Of a DNA stretch of 64,000 bases, positions 19,915 to 30,405 are shown piece after piece. Source of the DNA: Terriglobia bacterium (GTDB taxonomy: Bacteria > Acidobacteriota > Terriglobia > JAJPHL01 > JAPKYU01); the NCBI GenBank assembly GCA_965206645.1, contig CBDBKE010000003.1, positions 96,001 to 160,000 of the forward strand. The letters are read 5' to 3'. The notes under the pieces were generated by a model, which was given only the letters and a program-made list of their open reading frames with translations, did no database searches and was not told where the DNA came from. A program made the translations under genes and the position numbers. The stretch's first letter is position 1; the number at the start of each line of letters is the position of its first letter.

Positions 19915-20738
19915 ATGCTTCGATCGCCCGCGGTGGCCGGACGCTTCTATCCGGCCAACCCGGAAACCCTGCGCCGGGATCTGGACCGCTACATCGTCCC
20001 AGCCACGGAACCCTTGCGGGCACTGGGTTGTGTCGTTCCTCACGCCGGCTACATGTACTCCGGCCACGTTGCCGGAGCCGTCTGCGGCGCTTTGCAGATT
20101 CCACGACTGCTGGTGATTCTCTGCCCCAATCACTCCGGGCGCGGCCGACCGCTGGCCCTCTACGGGTCCGGAGAGTGGCTGACGCCGTTGGGTCGGGCCG
20201 AGGTGGACATAGAAATGGCAGCGCTGTTGAAGCGCGAATGCGCGCTGATCAGCGAGGATTCCGAAGCCCACGCCGCTGAACATGCCCTCGAGGTGCAGTT
20301 GCCTTTTGTTCAGCGCCTGGTGCCCAGCTTTACCTTTGTGCCCATCGCGGTCGGCGTGGGCGACTTTACCCGGCTGGAAGAATTGGGACAGGCGCTGGGC
20401 CGATCGGCGGCCTTAGCTGCTCGGCCGCTACTGATCATCGCTTCCAGCGACATGAACCACTACGAGCCGGACGGCATGACACGCGCCAAGGATCGCCAAG
20501 CGATCGACGCCATCTTGGAGTTGAATCCCCGCCGCCTCTTCGAAGTGCTCCGGCGTGAGAAGAACACGATGTGCGGCTACGGGCCGGTCATCGCCATGCT
20601 GACTGCCGCTCTGCAGCTCGGTGCCAACCCGCCTCCCTGGTGCGCTACGCGACCAGCGCCGACGCTGGGGCTGGCCGCGACTCGGTGGTGGGCTACGCCG
20701 GCATTGTGATCTATCGCGAGGAGGCAGGCCAAGCCTGA
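19915..20738 (+). CDS. amrB: AmmeMemoRadiSam system protein B (MEMO1 family), with a 1-nt frameshift near 20630
   Basis: RSPAVAGRFYP, PHAGYMYSG, EHALEVQLPF, ASSDMNHYE, MCGYGP; the conserved tail LVRYATSAD...VVGYAGIVI is in another frame ending at TGA 20738. Confidence 0.88.
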
Positions 20739-20790
20739 ATGCGGCTGTTCGTCTCTGAAGGTCGGAATCGCCCGTTGTAAACTTCTGCTG

Positions 20791-21672
20791 ATGGTGTTCG
20801 GTGCGCTGCTGTTGTGTCTGCTGCTGGCCCTTTCGCCGGGGGACTCATGGACCCTTCTGGTGGAGCCCAGGCAAATCCGTCAGGGCGGGCTGGTGTTCCT
20901 AGAGCTGGAAAGCCCGACGTCGTTGGGCCACCCCACCTGTCAGTGGCTGGGGCGCACGTATCGCCTGTACCCGGTCCCTGGCGGTTATCGTACTCTGCTC
21001 CCGGTGGATCGGCTCCAGAAGACAGGGACAGCCGAGCTTGTGATACAGGTTGAGGGCAGCGGTGCACCCCTGGCGCGCCGGCGGTTGTCCATCGTCGAGC
21101 TGGACACCGGCCCTGTCCAGACCATCCGGCTGAAGCCGGACCGCATGGCGTTACAGAAGGACCCGCGGATCAAGGAACAGTCCAAGCGAATCCGCCGGAT
21201 CCTTCGCACCAAGTCTGCGGTCCAACTGTGGAAAGGCAACTTTCGGCCACCGAGCAGCAAGGCAGGACGCGGTTTCGGCCGGCAGCGGCGTTACGTCGAG
21301 GCCCAGAGTAGCCGCCAGCGCGGCTCCAGCTTCCGCGGGTACCACCGCGGCCTGGATTTTTCGCTGCAGCCCGGCACTCCGGTTTACGCGGCAAACGCCG
21401 GCAGGGTCCTAGCCGCAGAGCCGTTCGTGTTGACGGGAAATTCGGTCTTTCTGGATCACGGCCACGGTGTGATCAGCGCCTACTTTCACCTGAAAGAAAT
21501 CCGGGTGAAACCCGGTGACAGGATTGCCCAGAGGCAGGTGGTGGGAACAGTCGGCAATACGGGACGCAGCACCGGCCCGCATCTGCACTGGGCAGTCTAC
21601 GCGCAGGGGCAGGCGGTGAACCCGGTGGCGATCACTCGCCTTCCCGAACGGTTCTGGGCCACGCCGCCGTAG
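20791..21672 (+). CDS. M23-family metallopeptidase
   Basis: HRGLD, GNSVFLDHG, YFHL, GRSTGPHLHW. Confidence 0.92.
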   Translation: MVFGALLLCLLLALSPGDSWTLLVEPRQIRQGGLVFLELESPTSLGHPTCQWLGRTYRLYPVPGGYRTLLPVDRLQKTGTAELVIQVEGSGAPLARRRLSIVELDTGPVQTIRLKPDRMALQKDPRIKEQSKRIRRILRTKSAVQLWKGNFRPPSSKAGRGFGRQRRYVEAQSSRQRGSSFRGYHRGLDFSLQPGTPVYAANAGRVLAAEPFVLTGNSVFLDHGHGVISAYFHLKEIRVKPGDRIAQRQVVGTVGNTGRSTGPHLHWAVYAQGQAVNPVAITRLPERFWATPP

Positions 21673-21785
21673 CTCCTTCCAGGCCAGGGAACCATATCGA
21701 AAAGATTGTAGTTCGCAGCTCGTGCAGATGGCAGAGAGTGGCAACCCGGGCCAGGGGACAGCGGATCAGCCCAACGGCGCGCGCC

Positions 21786-22505
21786 TCAGGCATTTCCCGG
21801 TGTAAGGAACTCGGCGATCTGTTCGCTGGGAATAGCACCCTCGCGGATCAGCCGCCAGCCTTCGCGGTTCACCTCGACAATGGTGGAGGACACCTGTATC
21901 TTCGACTCGCCGCCATCCAAAATCAGCGGCAGTCGCTCGCCCAGGCAATGTTGCACTTCCTGAGCATTGCTGCATTCCTTCGTTCCCGCCAGGTTGGCGC
22001 TGGTCCCAGTGAGCGGCATGCCCATCAGGCGGGTCAGGGAAACCGGGACCTGGGCATCGGGCAAGCGCACGGCTACTTTGCCGGTGTTGCCGGTGATCTT
22101 CAGCGGTACCCGGCGCGACGCCTCGATCACCAGCGTCAGCGGTCCAGGCCAAAAGCGACGTGCCAAGGCATAAAAGCGATCCGGCAGGTTACCCGAGGAA
22201 AGCTCCTCGGCCTGCTCGATCGAGGCAACTAACAACAAGAGGGGCTTGTGGCTTGGGCGGCCCTTGATCTGGAAAATTTCCTCCACCGCGTAGAGATTGA
22301 AGGGGTCCGTAGAGAGGGCATAGAAGGTCTCGGTGGGAACGGAAATCACCCGACCGCCACGCACCAATTCAGCCGCGTACTCGATACGCGGCGGCTCGGG
22401 AAATTGGGGGCTAACCTTGACTACTTCTGCCAAGTCCACCTCAACATAGTGAGCCGCGGCGGGTGAAATCGCGTCAACGTAACACGCGCCTTCGCCAGAA
22501 GTCAA
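21786..22505 (-). CDS. tsaC: L-threonylcarbamoyladenylate synthase (Sua5/YrdC)
   Basis: PTETFYAL, KGRP..KPL, FWPGPLT, TSAN, SSTIV; true start probably downstream of 22505. Confidence 0.92.
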   Translation of the reverse strand: MTSGEGACYVDAISPAAAHYVEVDLAEVVKVSPQFPEPPRIEYAAELVRGGRVISVPTETFYALSTDPFNLYAVEEIFQIKGRPSHKPLLLLVASIEQAEELSSGNLPDRFYALARRFWPGPLTLVIEASRRVPLKITGNTGKVAVRLPDAQVPVSLTRLMGMPLTGTSANLAGTKECSNAQEVQHCLGERLPLILDGGESKIQVSSTIVEVNREGWRLIREGAIPSEQIAEFLTPGNA

Positions 22506-22619
22506 CTGAGGCAGCGCTTAAAAACAGACCCGCGCTTCCTGGCATCCGACCGGTGTCCACTGCCGACGGTGCGCGGCGAGTTGGCACACTACCCCGGCTG
22601 CCACGGAGTCGCTCCACGC

Positions 22620-22653
22620 CCTCCATGCAAACCAAGCCTCCATGCAAACCAAG
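22620..22653 (+). repeat. 17-bp tandem duplication CCTCCATGCAAACCAAG x2
   Basis: Read directly from the sequence. Confidence 0.85.
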
Positions 22654-22679
22654 AAGGATCGACGCGGCAGTGGTGAACC

Positions 22680-22939
22680 ATGCCTCGTTACGTGACGGCG
22701 CATACTATGGTTTGCATGACCCGCCAGGGTGCCAGCAACTGGCCGCCTCCCTGGCGGGCGCAACCGAGCTGCGCTTCCTTAGGTTTCTGGTCGATATGAC
22801 CGGGGGCCGGTTGTTCGGCGAATTCGAAGCCCTGGGTCGCGAGCAACTCCCGGCCTGGTTTCAGGTCCGAAGAATCCATTGCGACTGGGTGGCCCGGGTG
22901 GACCTGGAGGCAACCGCTGAGGGAGTTCGTGATCTGTAG
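22680..22939 (+). CDS. Small hypothetical protein (DUF4242-like), frameshifted near 22732
   Basis: MPRYVTAHTMVCMTRQG then, after a 1-nt shift, QQLAASLAGATELRFLRFLVDMTGGRLFGEFEA...IHCDWVARVDLE. Confidence 0.5.
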
Positions 22940-23055
22940 GGCCGCCCTTTGTGGGCGGCTCGCCCCGGCGCCCAGCGCAAAGCGGAAAAGCATGGCGCGG
23001 CCCTGCGTCGCCGCAAGCGACGTCCTGTGTGTAGTGCCAGCCTTTGTGGCCGCCA
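22935..23055. repeat. GTAG-type REP-like palindromes
   Basis: GTAGGGCCGCCCTTTGTGGGCGGC and a degenerate GTAGTGCCAGCCTTTGTGGCCGCC between convergent genes. Confidence 0.5.
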
Positions 23056-23101
23056 AGGCCGAGCCCGGCGCAAGGTCAGGCATTACAGCTGGCGAAGACC
23101 G

Positions 23102-23611
23102 CTAGTTGCGAGAAAAAAAGCCGCGGCTGGCGTCGCCACCTTCTTCTTCCTCTTCCTCTTCACCGATGGGGAGCAAGGTTTCCAGGTCCTCGAGGGCGGA
23201 ACAGAAGTCTTCGTACCAGGATGCGGTGTGCTCATAGGCAAGCCAGCGGCCGCCCTGCTCGAAAGCGAGGCGAACCCAGGCGGTCTGCCCGACGCGTTTC
23301 CGCAGCGCCTCAAACTGCTTCATGTAGTAGACCCGGTCTTCCGAGTTCATCTCGCACTCGCCGAGCTTCTCAAAAACCCGCTCCAGCTCAGCATCGGCGA
23401 AGGTGTCCGAGCTGAACAACAACAGGCGCGCGCCGCACTCTTTACCCACATCCACAAACTGGCGCCAATCGGGGAAGGCGCGAACGTCCCAGAAGGTGTA
23501 GTCCTCCTCGTCGGGGTCGCCCAGCCCATAGAAGATGGGAAGCCCCGTTTGGCGCACGTAGTCCATCATCTCTGAGCGGAGGCGATCTAGGTTGACTTCG
23601 GTCTGCGGCAT
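23102..23611 (-). CDS. Conserved hypothetical acidic protein
   Basis: 169-aa ORF with coding-like composition, GGAGGAG RBS and acidic tail. Confidence 0.75.
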   Translation of the reverse strand: MPQTEVNLDRLRSEMMDYVRQTGLPIFYGLGDPDEEDYTFWDVRAFPDWRQFVDVGKECGARLLLFSSDTFADAELERVFEKLGECEMNSEDRVYYMKQFEALRKRVGQTAWVRLAFEQGGRWLAYEHTASWYEDFCSALEDLETLLPIGEEEEEEEGGDASRGFFSRN

Positions 23612-23647
23612 GGCAGTCGTCGGCAGGCCTGCTCCTCCAAACCGCGC

Positions 23648-25474
23648 TCAGGCCTTGCGGCGACGGAACCCGTCCTGGCTCATCACCAGCACGTCGTTTT
23701 CCGCGGCTAGATCGCGGGCGGAGGGTGTCACGATGGCGCGCGGCCCAACGTGAATCTTTTCGTTCCGGTTCAGAGCCGCGCGCACGTCACTCTCACATAC
23801 GAAGTCTACCACCTTTACAGGAGCTGGGGCGGTCGATTCCTGCGGGGCCATGGGCGGTGAGTTCGACGCCACGACTGGAGCCGATGCTGGAGGCGACGAG
23901 GGCAGCGGCTCCGATCCGCTTCCGCCTGTGCCCGTCGAAGCCGGCTGCGCCCGCGTAGCAATCCCCTTCGCCGCGAGAAAACGCTCGACCACCCGCGCGA
24001 TCGTCTGCCGATCCGGCACCAACGCGCTTGTCGCCGCCGGGGTCGGCGCCAGCCCCGATGAGGGTGGCGCGGCAGCGCGAGCCGGCGCGGCTGGGTGCGG
24101 CTGATGCGGCCGGGTTTGACTCACCGGGCGGATCTCGTAGGCGATTCGCTTGATGTTGATCAGGTGCAGCGGCGAGATGTTGTCCCCGGTCGTATTCCCC
24201 CCCAGGGCTCCGCAGCCCAGCGTCATCGAAGGAAACAGGCTGGTACTGTAGCCAACGGACCCATGCGTAGCCGGCGAGTTCACCACCACTCGGAAGGCCG
24301 GCATGCGCAGCCCGAACTGGCGGATCAACCCCTCGTCTCGCGAGTGAATGGACACGGTATGGCCCAGACCTCCAAAGCGCAAAACGCTTTCGCACAGGCG
24401 GCAGCCTTCTTCGAAGTCGTTGACGAAGAAGAGTGCCAGCACCGGCGAAAGCTTCTCGGCCGAAAGCGGATACTCTCGGCCGACGCCGCCGAGCGGAGCC
24501 ACCAGCAGGCGCGTCTCCGCCGGCACGGAAAACCCTGCAATCTGCGCTACCACAGGGGCCGGCTTGCCCACGCACTGCGGGTTGACCGTCCATTGCGGCG
24601 TCAGCAGGACGCGGGCCAGCGCCTGAATCTCGCTGTCGTTCAGCAGGTAGGCGCCCTGGGCGCGCAGCTCGGCCAGCACCTGCTCTCGCAGCGACTCCTC
24701 CGCCACCAGCGCCTGCTCGCTGGAGCAGATGGTGCCGTGGTCGAAGCACTTGCCGCTCACGATATCGGCCACCGCCTTGCGGACGTCGGCGCTGCGCTCG
24801 ACGAACGCAGGCACGTTGCCCGGGCCGACACCGAAGGCGGGCTTGCCGCTGGTGTAGGCGGCCCTCACGACACCCGCACCTCCGGTTGAGAGCACGACGC
24901 CAGTCCGCCGGTGCCTCATCAACTCCTGCGTGCCGGCCAGCGTTGGGGCGCGCATGCAGCCGATCACGTTCTCCGGCGCTCCCGCTTGCCTCGCCGCCTG
25001 GGACAACAGATCGGCCGTGCGACAGATGCAACGGATCGCGTTCGGGTGCGGGCTCAACACGATCGCATTGCGGCCCTTCAGGGCAATCAGAACTTTGCAG
25101 ATGGCCGTGGAAGTTGGATTGGTAGTGGGCAGCACAGCAGCTACCACGCCCACGGGAACGGCGACTTCGAGGACCCGCGCCTCCAGATCCTCACGCACGA
25201 TCCCTACCGTCTTCATCGGACGGATGGCGCGGTAGGTGTCGCGCGAGGAGAACAGGTTCTTCTCCACCTTGTCGGCTACGTTGCCATAGCCGGTCTCTTC
25301 CACAGCCAGGCGGGCCAGTTCCTCCGCGGCGCCGATAGCCGCCTGTGCTATTGCATCAATGATGGTGTCTACTTGCTCTTGAGAGTGGGCGAGGAACTTC
25401 TGTGAAGCCTCGTAGGCCTTTCCCGCCAGGTCCCGCGCTTCCTGAACAGAAACCAGATCCGCGTCGCGCAACAT
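23648..25474 (-). CDS. Acylating aldehyde dehydrogenase (EutE/PduP-like), microcompartment-associated
   Basis: [51 protein letters not shown]; long C-terminal extension. Confidence 0.92.
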   Translation of the reverse strand: MLRDADLVSVQEARDLAGKAYEASQKFLAHSQEQVDTIIDAIAQAAIGAAEELARLAVEETGYGNVADKVEKNLFSSRDTYRAIRPMKTVGIVREDLEARVLEVAVPVGVVAAVLPTTNPTSTAICKVLIALKGRNAIVLSPHPNAIRCICRTADLLSQAARQAGAPENVIGCMRAPTLAGTQELMRHRRTGVVLSTGGAGVVRAAYTSGKPAFGVGPGNVPAFVERSADVRKAVADIVSGKCFDHGTICSSEQALVAEESLREQVLAELRAQGAYLLNDSEIQALARVLLTPQWTVNPQCVGKPAPVVAQIAGFSVPAETRLLVAPLGGVGREYPLSAEKLSPVLALFFVNDFEEGCRLCESVLRFGGLGHTVSIHSRDEGLIRQFGLRMPAFRVVVNSPATHGSVGYSTSLFPSMTLGCGALGGNTTGDNISPLHLINIKRIAYEIRPVSQTRPHQPHPAAPARAAAPPSSGLAPTPAATSALVPDRQTIARVVERFLAAKGIATRAQPASTGTGGSGSEPLPSSPPASAPVVASNSPPMAPQESTAPAPVKVVDFVCESDVRAALNRNEKIHVGPRAIVTPSARDLAAENDVLVMSQDGFRRRKA

Positions 25475-25596
25475 AACGCCAGATGTCGGATTTCAAATAC
25501 CAGGTTTCATGTGTCCGGTGTCAGCTTTCCGCGGAAGCGGGTCCGGGTGCAGGATCGCTTTCCCCTAACACCTGAAACCTGACACCTGGCACCTGC

Positions 25597-25893
25597 CTAT
25601 TTGCTTTTGGCCCCGCTGGGCGCTGTCGCACCGGGAAGGAATTTCTCCACTTCGGCATGGAGTCGCGGGATGACGTGGACGCTCACCAATTCCCCCACCC
25701 GGCGGGCAGCCGCTGCTCCCGCATCCGTGGCCGCCTTCACCGCGCCGACATCGCCCCGGACCATCACGGTGACGTAGCCCGCCCCGATATACTCGCGCCC
25801 GATCAGCACCACGTTGGCCGCTTTCACCATAGCGTCCGCTGCCTCGATGGAGCCAACCAGGCCGCGGGTTTCGATCATGCCTAAAGCTTCCAT
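25597..25893 (-). CDS. Bacterial microcompartment hexameric shell protein (BMC-H, EutM/PduA-like)
   Basis: [27 protein letters not shown]...[17 protein letters not shown]...SVHVIPR. Confidence 0.96.
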   Translation of the reverse strand: MEALGMIETRGLVGSIEAADAMVKAANVVLIGREYIGAGYVTVMVRGDVGAVKAATDAGAAAARRVGELVSVHVIPRLHAEVEKFLPGATAPSGAKSK

Positions 25894-26095
25894 GCTGCTC
25901 CTCGCTTGCCTAGGGGGTCGCTCGCAGAAGCGTCCACACTAGCATTGTGATGTGGAAAATTCAAACACTACGCCACTGAACTCGGAGGCAGGCCCGCATC
26001 CAGCGTCTGTTAGAAACGCGGGCCTGGCCGCGGCAGGGAAGTGCCGGCGCAGCCTAAACGGCGAGGCGCTGCCAGGGGCCTGAATCTTGCGGAAA

Positions 26096-26890
26096 TTACG
26101 CGCGGGCTGTCGCCGCGGCGCGCGTATGCTCGCGCAACTTGCTGGTGAGCTGGTCAACCGCCTGCGCCAACAGCATGTAATCGGCTCCCAGGGCCAAAAA
26201 GTTCACTCCCTTGTCAATCAACTGGCTGACCTGCTGGGGATCGCAGCCGGTGCCGATTCCCATCACGCGCCCGGTGTTTCGGACCTTCTGGATGACGGTG
26301 TCCATGGCCTGGATCACCTCCGGATGTTGCACCTCGCCCAGTTGCCCCATCGAGCCGGACAAATCGTATGGGCCAAGGACGACCCCGCTGAGGCCCGGGA
26401 CGGCGAGAATTTCGTCAATGTTCTGGACCGCCTCGATGTGCTCGACCTGCACCAGCACAATCATTGACTCGTTCGCCAGCCGGCAAAACTCCGGCCCTCC
26501 CGCGCGGCCGTAGTTGGTGGGGCGGCGCGGCCCGTAGCCGCGAATCCCCTTGGGTGGATAAAGGCACCCGGCGACGGCCCGGCGTGTCTCCTCGGCGTTG
26601 CGAACCATGGGCAAGATCATGCCGGCGGCGCCGAGGTCCAGCACGGGCTTGATCAGCACCGGATCATTCCAGGGCACGCGGACCAGCGGTGTCGCCTGGG
26701 TTCCCCGGGTCGCCATGACGTGTCCCTGCACCTTTTCCAGCGAAAGGGCGCCGTGTTCCGTGTCGATCCAGATAAAGTCCAGCGCGCCGGCCAGCGTCTC
26801 GGTGACAGCCGGGTCCGTGAAGCTGACGCAGGTCCCCAGGCAGGCCTGCCCTTCCCGGATCTTCTGTAAGAGGTTCGGAGTTTCTCCCAT
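26096..26890 (-). CDS. HpcH/HpaI-family aldolase
   Basis: DFIWIDTEHG, LVRVPWND, LDLGA, YPPKGIRG, QVE, GPYDLS. Confidence 0.9.
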   Translation of the reverse strand: MGETPNLLQKIREGQACLGTCVSFTDPAVTETLAGALDFIWIDTEHGALSLEKVQGHVMATRGTQATPLVRVPWNDPVLIKPVLDLGAAGMILPMVRNAEETRRAVAGCLYPPKGIRGYGPRRPTNYGRAGGPEFCRLANESMIVLVQVEHIEAVQNIDEILAVPGLSGVVLGPYDLSGSMGQLGEVQHPEVIQAMDTVIQKVRNTGRVMGIGTGCDPQQVSQLIDKGVNFLALGADYMLLAQAVDQLTSKLREHTRAAATARA

Positions 26891-26944
26891 ATGCTTTCCT
26901 TCCTGCACCTTTCCGGGCAGTAAGCCCGGGCGCACCAGTATCTG

Positions 26945-28840
26945 TCAGTAATAGAAGCGCTGCCACTGGTCTCGCGCCTGCTCGTACTGCTGCCGAAGCT
27001 TCTTAGTCACTGGATCCTCGCTTACCTCTGCCGCGGCCACATCCCACCAGACACCGGACCAGGGCACGTAGCGATAGGGTTCCGTCGCGGCCACGATCAC
27101 GCAGGGGCGGCTTTCCTTCCGGGCCTCCCGCAGCGCCTGGCATACCTCGTCTGGTGTTTTCACATGCCAGGCGCGCGCCCCCATGCTTTCCGCGTTCTTC
27201 TTGAAGTCGAGAGGGACGAACTCGCCAGTGAGCCGATTGGTTTTTTTCTCGCGGGCACGGTATTCGTTGCCGAAGTCCCGACCAGTGGTGCCCATCTGGA
27301 GCTGGCGAATGCACTGGAATCCGTGATTGTCCGAGAGGACCACGGTGACCTTCAGGTTTTCCTGCGCGGCGGTTACCAGCTCGGTGGGGTTCATCAGGTA
27401 CGTGCCATCGCCAATATACACGAAGACCTCCCCCTTCGGCTGGGCCATGCGCACGCCTAAGGCGGCTGGGATTTCATACGCCATGCAGGAGTAACCGAAC
27501 TCCAGGTGACACTTCCGCCCGCGGCTTGTATCCCAGAGCCGAAGCAGATCCCCCGGAGGGCTGCCCGCTGCCGCAATAACGGTATCGCCGTCCTGGGCGG
27601 ATTCATTGAGCGCTCCGATCAACTGCCCCTGGCTCATCCCTTCCCCGGGCACCTGCTGGTAGATCTCCTCGTTCACCTGCTTTAGCCAAGTGCGCTTGGC
27701 GGCCAATACCTCTTCGGCATACGAAGCGCTGGGTTGGATCCCGGCTTCCCGGGCAGCCGCCAGCAAGGCGCGCAGGCCTTCGCGGGCGTCGGCCAGGATC
27801 GGCAGGGCGCCCAGCTTGTAGGCATCGTGACCGCACACGTTCAGGCTAATGAACTTCACGTCCGGATGCTGGAAGACCGAATGGGAGCCCGTGCTGAAAT
27901 CGGTGAGCCGCGTGCCGAGGCACAGGATGAGGTCGGCCTGGGATGCGATCTTGTGTGCCGCTGGGGTCCCGGTGACCGCGAATCCGCCCAGCAGCAGATC
28001 GGAGTCCGCTCGAATTGAGCCCTTGCCAGCGAAGGTTTCGACTACGGGAATCCCCAGCGCTTGCGAAAACTCCTGCAGCTCTTTCCAAGCCTCCGCATAT
28101 TGGACGCCGCCCCCGGCGATGATCAGCGGGCGGCGAGCCTGCTTCAGTATGCCGACCGCCTCCTGGACGCGCTGCGGGTTCGGAAGCCGTCGCTCGATGT
28201 TCCACACTCGCTTTTCAAAAAAGTGCGCGGGGTAGTCATAGGCGTGCGCCTGGAGGTCCTGCGGCAAGGCAAGGGTGACCGTACCGGTCTCAGCCGGGTC
28301 CGTCAGGACCCGCATGGCCTCTGGCAGGGCGGTCAGCAGCTGCTCCGGACGGCTGATCCGGTCAAAGAACCGGCTGACGGGGCGAAAGCAATCATTGACA
28401 CTGACATCAGCCGAAATCGGATGCTCCAGTTGCTGCAGTACCGGCCCCTGATGCCGCGTGACGAAGTAGTCGGAGGGGAACAGGAGAACGGGCAGGCGGT
28501 TAATGGTGGCGGTGGCCGCACCGGTGATCATGTTGGTCGCGCCCGGACCAATCGAGGAGGTGCAGGCCATTGCGGCCAGCCGAAGGTTGGCCTTGGCGAA
28601 ACCAGCGGCCGTGTGCACCATGGACTGCTCATTCTTCGGCTGGTAGTAGGGCAGCTCCTGCCCGTACTCCTCCATGGCCTGTCCCAGGCCGGCCACGTTC
28701 CCGTGCCCGAAGATCCCGAAGATGGCTGGGATGAACCGCCGGACCCGGTCGTCACGCTCGCTGTACTGGAGGGACAGGTATTTGATCACCGCCTGTCCCA
28801 TCGTCAGACGAATCGTTTTCTTTCCCGTGCTTCCGCTCAT
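26945..28840 (-). CDS. iolD: 3D-(3,5/4)-trihydroxycyclohexane-1,2-dione acylhydrolase (TPP-dependent)
   Basis: FGIFGHGNVAGLGQA, NEQSMVH, SIGPGATNM, LALPQD, HLEFGYSCMAYE, GDGTYLM. Confidence 0.93.
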   Translation of the reverse strand: MSGSTGKKTIRLTMGQAVIKYLSLQYSERDDRVRRFIPAIFGIFGHGNVAGLGQAMEEYGQELPYYQPKNEQSMVHTAAGFAKANLRLAAMACTSSIGPGATNMITGAATATINRLPVLLFPSDYFVTRHQGPVLQQLEHPISADVSVNDCFRPVSRFFDRISRPEQLLTALPEAMRVLTDPAETGTVTLALPQDLQAHAYDYPAHFFEKRVWNIERRLPNPQRVQEAVGILKQARRPLIIAGGGVQYAEAWKELQEFSQALGIPVVETFAGKGSIRADSDLLLGGFAVTGTPAAHKIASQADLILCLGTRLTDFSTGSHSVFQHPDVKFISLNVCGHDAYKLGALPILADAREGLRALLAAAREAGIQPSASYAEEVLAAKRTWLKQVNEEIYQQVPGEGMSQGQLIGALNESAQDGDTVIAAAGSPPGDLLRLWDTSRGRKCHLEFGYSCMAYEIPAALGVRMAQPKGEVFVYIGDGTYLMNPTELVTAAQENLKVTVVLSDNHGFQCIRQLQMGTTGRDFGNEYRAREKKTNRLTGEFVPLDFKKNAESMGARAWHVKTPDEVCQALREARKESRPCVIVAATEPYRYVPWSGVWWDVAAAEVSEDPVTKKLRQQYEQARDQWQRFYY

Positions 28841-28911
28841 GGTGTCTCCTTCCGCGGCTGTCTGCCCGCGGCTATCTGCCGCGCTCGGTCGGCCGCGCGG
28901 CTATTGGCGCG

Positions 28912-30333
28912 TCAACTGTCGAGGCCGTGCAACACGACGGTCTTGATCTCCGTCATCTCATCGACTGCATAGCGCGGGCCTTCCCTTCCGAACCCGCTCT
29001 GCTTGAATCCACCATAAGGCATCAGGTCAGCACGCCACAGGCAAGTCCAATTGACCATCACCGTACCGGTGTGCACCTCCTGGGCAAACCGCAACGCGTG
29101 GTTGATGTCGCGGGTGAAGACTCCGGCTCCCAGGCCGAAGGAGCTGTCGTTGGCCAGCTCGATTGCCTCGTCGATGTTTTCGATGGGAGTGACGGCCACA
29201 GCCGGCCCGAACAGCTCATCGCTGGAGACGCGCATTTTGGGGGCCACGTCGGCGACAATGGTTGGAGCAAACTTGGCCCCGTCCCGCTGGCCTCCGGTTA
29301 CAACCCGGGCCCCTGCCTGCACAGCCTGGTCAACCCAGGCGCCGACCCGCTCGGCGTCGCCCTCGGAAATCAAGGCGCTCAATCGGGTGTCCTCTTGCAT
29401 GGGATCGCCCACCTTGATCGCTTCCACCTTTGGTTTCAGTGCGTCGAGAAAGTCCGTATAGGAGGAGCGTTGCACCAGCACGCGCTGCACCGAGATGCAG
29501 ACCTGGCCGGCATTGATGTAGCCTCCAATGGCAGTCGCCGCTGCCACCGCGTCCATGTCGGCATCCTTGAGAACCACCACCGGGGAGTTGGCTCCGAGCT
29601 CAAGCGACAGCTTCTTCGCTCCGGCCGCTTTTGCCAGTTGCTCTCCCACCTCGGCGCTGCCGGTGAAACTGATTTTGCGAACCCGCGGGTCACCGCACAG
29701 AGCCGGACCGATTCGGCTACCAGAACCGGTAATGCACTGCAATCCGTGCTCCGGCAGCCCGGCCTTCAGGAACACCTCAGTCAGTTTCAGGGCGATCAAG
29801 GGAGTGTAAGTAGCCGGCTTCAGGATCACAGCGTTGCCGGAGGCCAGCGCTGGAGCGATCTTATGAAGTACCAGCAAGAGCGGGAAGTTGAACGGGCTGA
29901 TGGCAACGACTATCCCGCAGGGCACCCGGACAGTAAAGCCGAACTTGCCCCGGACGCCTGCCTGCGAATCGAGCGGCAGAGTCTCGCCCCGGAGTTGCGC
30001 GCCCTCGTAGGCAGAGAGGCGCATGAGGTCCGGCATCCGGCCCACCTCGCCACGCGACTCGACCAGCGGCTTTCCCTCCTCCAGGCTGATGGTTTGCGCG
30101 AAGTCCTCGACGGAGGCCTGTAGCAAGTCGGCGGCACGGAGCATGATCTGGCTGCGCTCGTACGCGGTCAACTGAGCCATCGCCGCTGCCCCTTTTTCCG
30201 CCGCCGCCAGGGCCTGGTCAATCTGCTGGGAAGTCGCATCGGGAACGCGGTCAACGACCTGCCCCGAATAGGGCGCCTTCACGGACAACATCTGGGGCGA
30301 GTCCACCCACTTGCCGGCAATGTACATTTTCAT
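28912..30333 (-). CDS. NAD(P)-dependent aldehyde dehydrogenase
   Basis: PFNFP, FTGS, LELG, GQVCIS, ELFGP, YGGFKQSG. Confidence 0.93.
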   Translation of the reverse strand: MKMYIAGKWVDSPQMLSVKAPYSGQVVDRVPDATSQQIDQALAAAEKGAAAMAQLTAYERSQIMLRAADLLQASVEDFAQTISLEEGKPLVESRGEVGRMPDLMRLSAYEGAQLRGETLPLDSQAGVRGKFGFTVRVPCGIVVAISPFNFPLLLVLHKIAPALASGNAVILKPATYTPLIALKLTEVFLKAGLPEHGLQCITGSGSRIGPALCGDPRVRKISFTGSAEVGEQLAKAAGAKKLSLELGANSPVVVLKDADMDAVAAATAIGGYINAGQVCISVQRVLVQRSSYTDFLDALKPKVEAIKVGDPMQEDTRLSALISEGDAERVGAWVDQAVQAGARVVTGGQRDGAKFAPTIVADVAPKMRVSSDELFGPAVAVTPIENIDEAIELANDSSFGLGAGVFTRDINHALRFAQEVHTGTVMVNWTCLWRADLMPYGGFKQSGFGREGPRYAVDEMTEIKTVVLHGLDS

Positions 30334-30405
30334 GATTTATCTGGCCTCCGTGCTGTTCCCTCTGAGTCCCTGCCACTCTGGCGACAGGTGGCGACAGTTG
30401 GCGAG

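Noticed and set aside
23793-30123. Long alternative-frame ORFs (e.g. 23793-25031, 28061-28972, 28927-30123)
   Set aside because: Shadow ORFs of high-GC genes, with no recognisable motifs.
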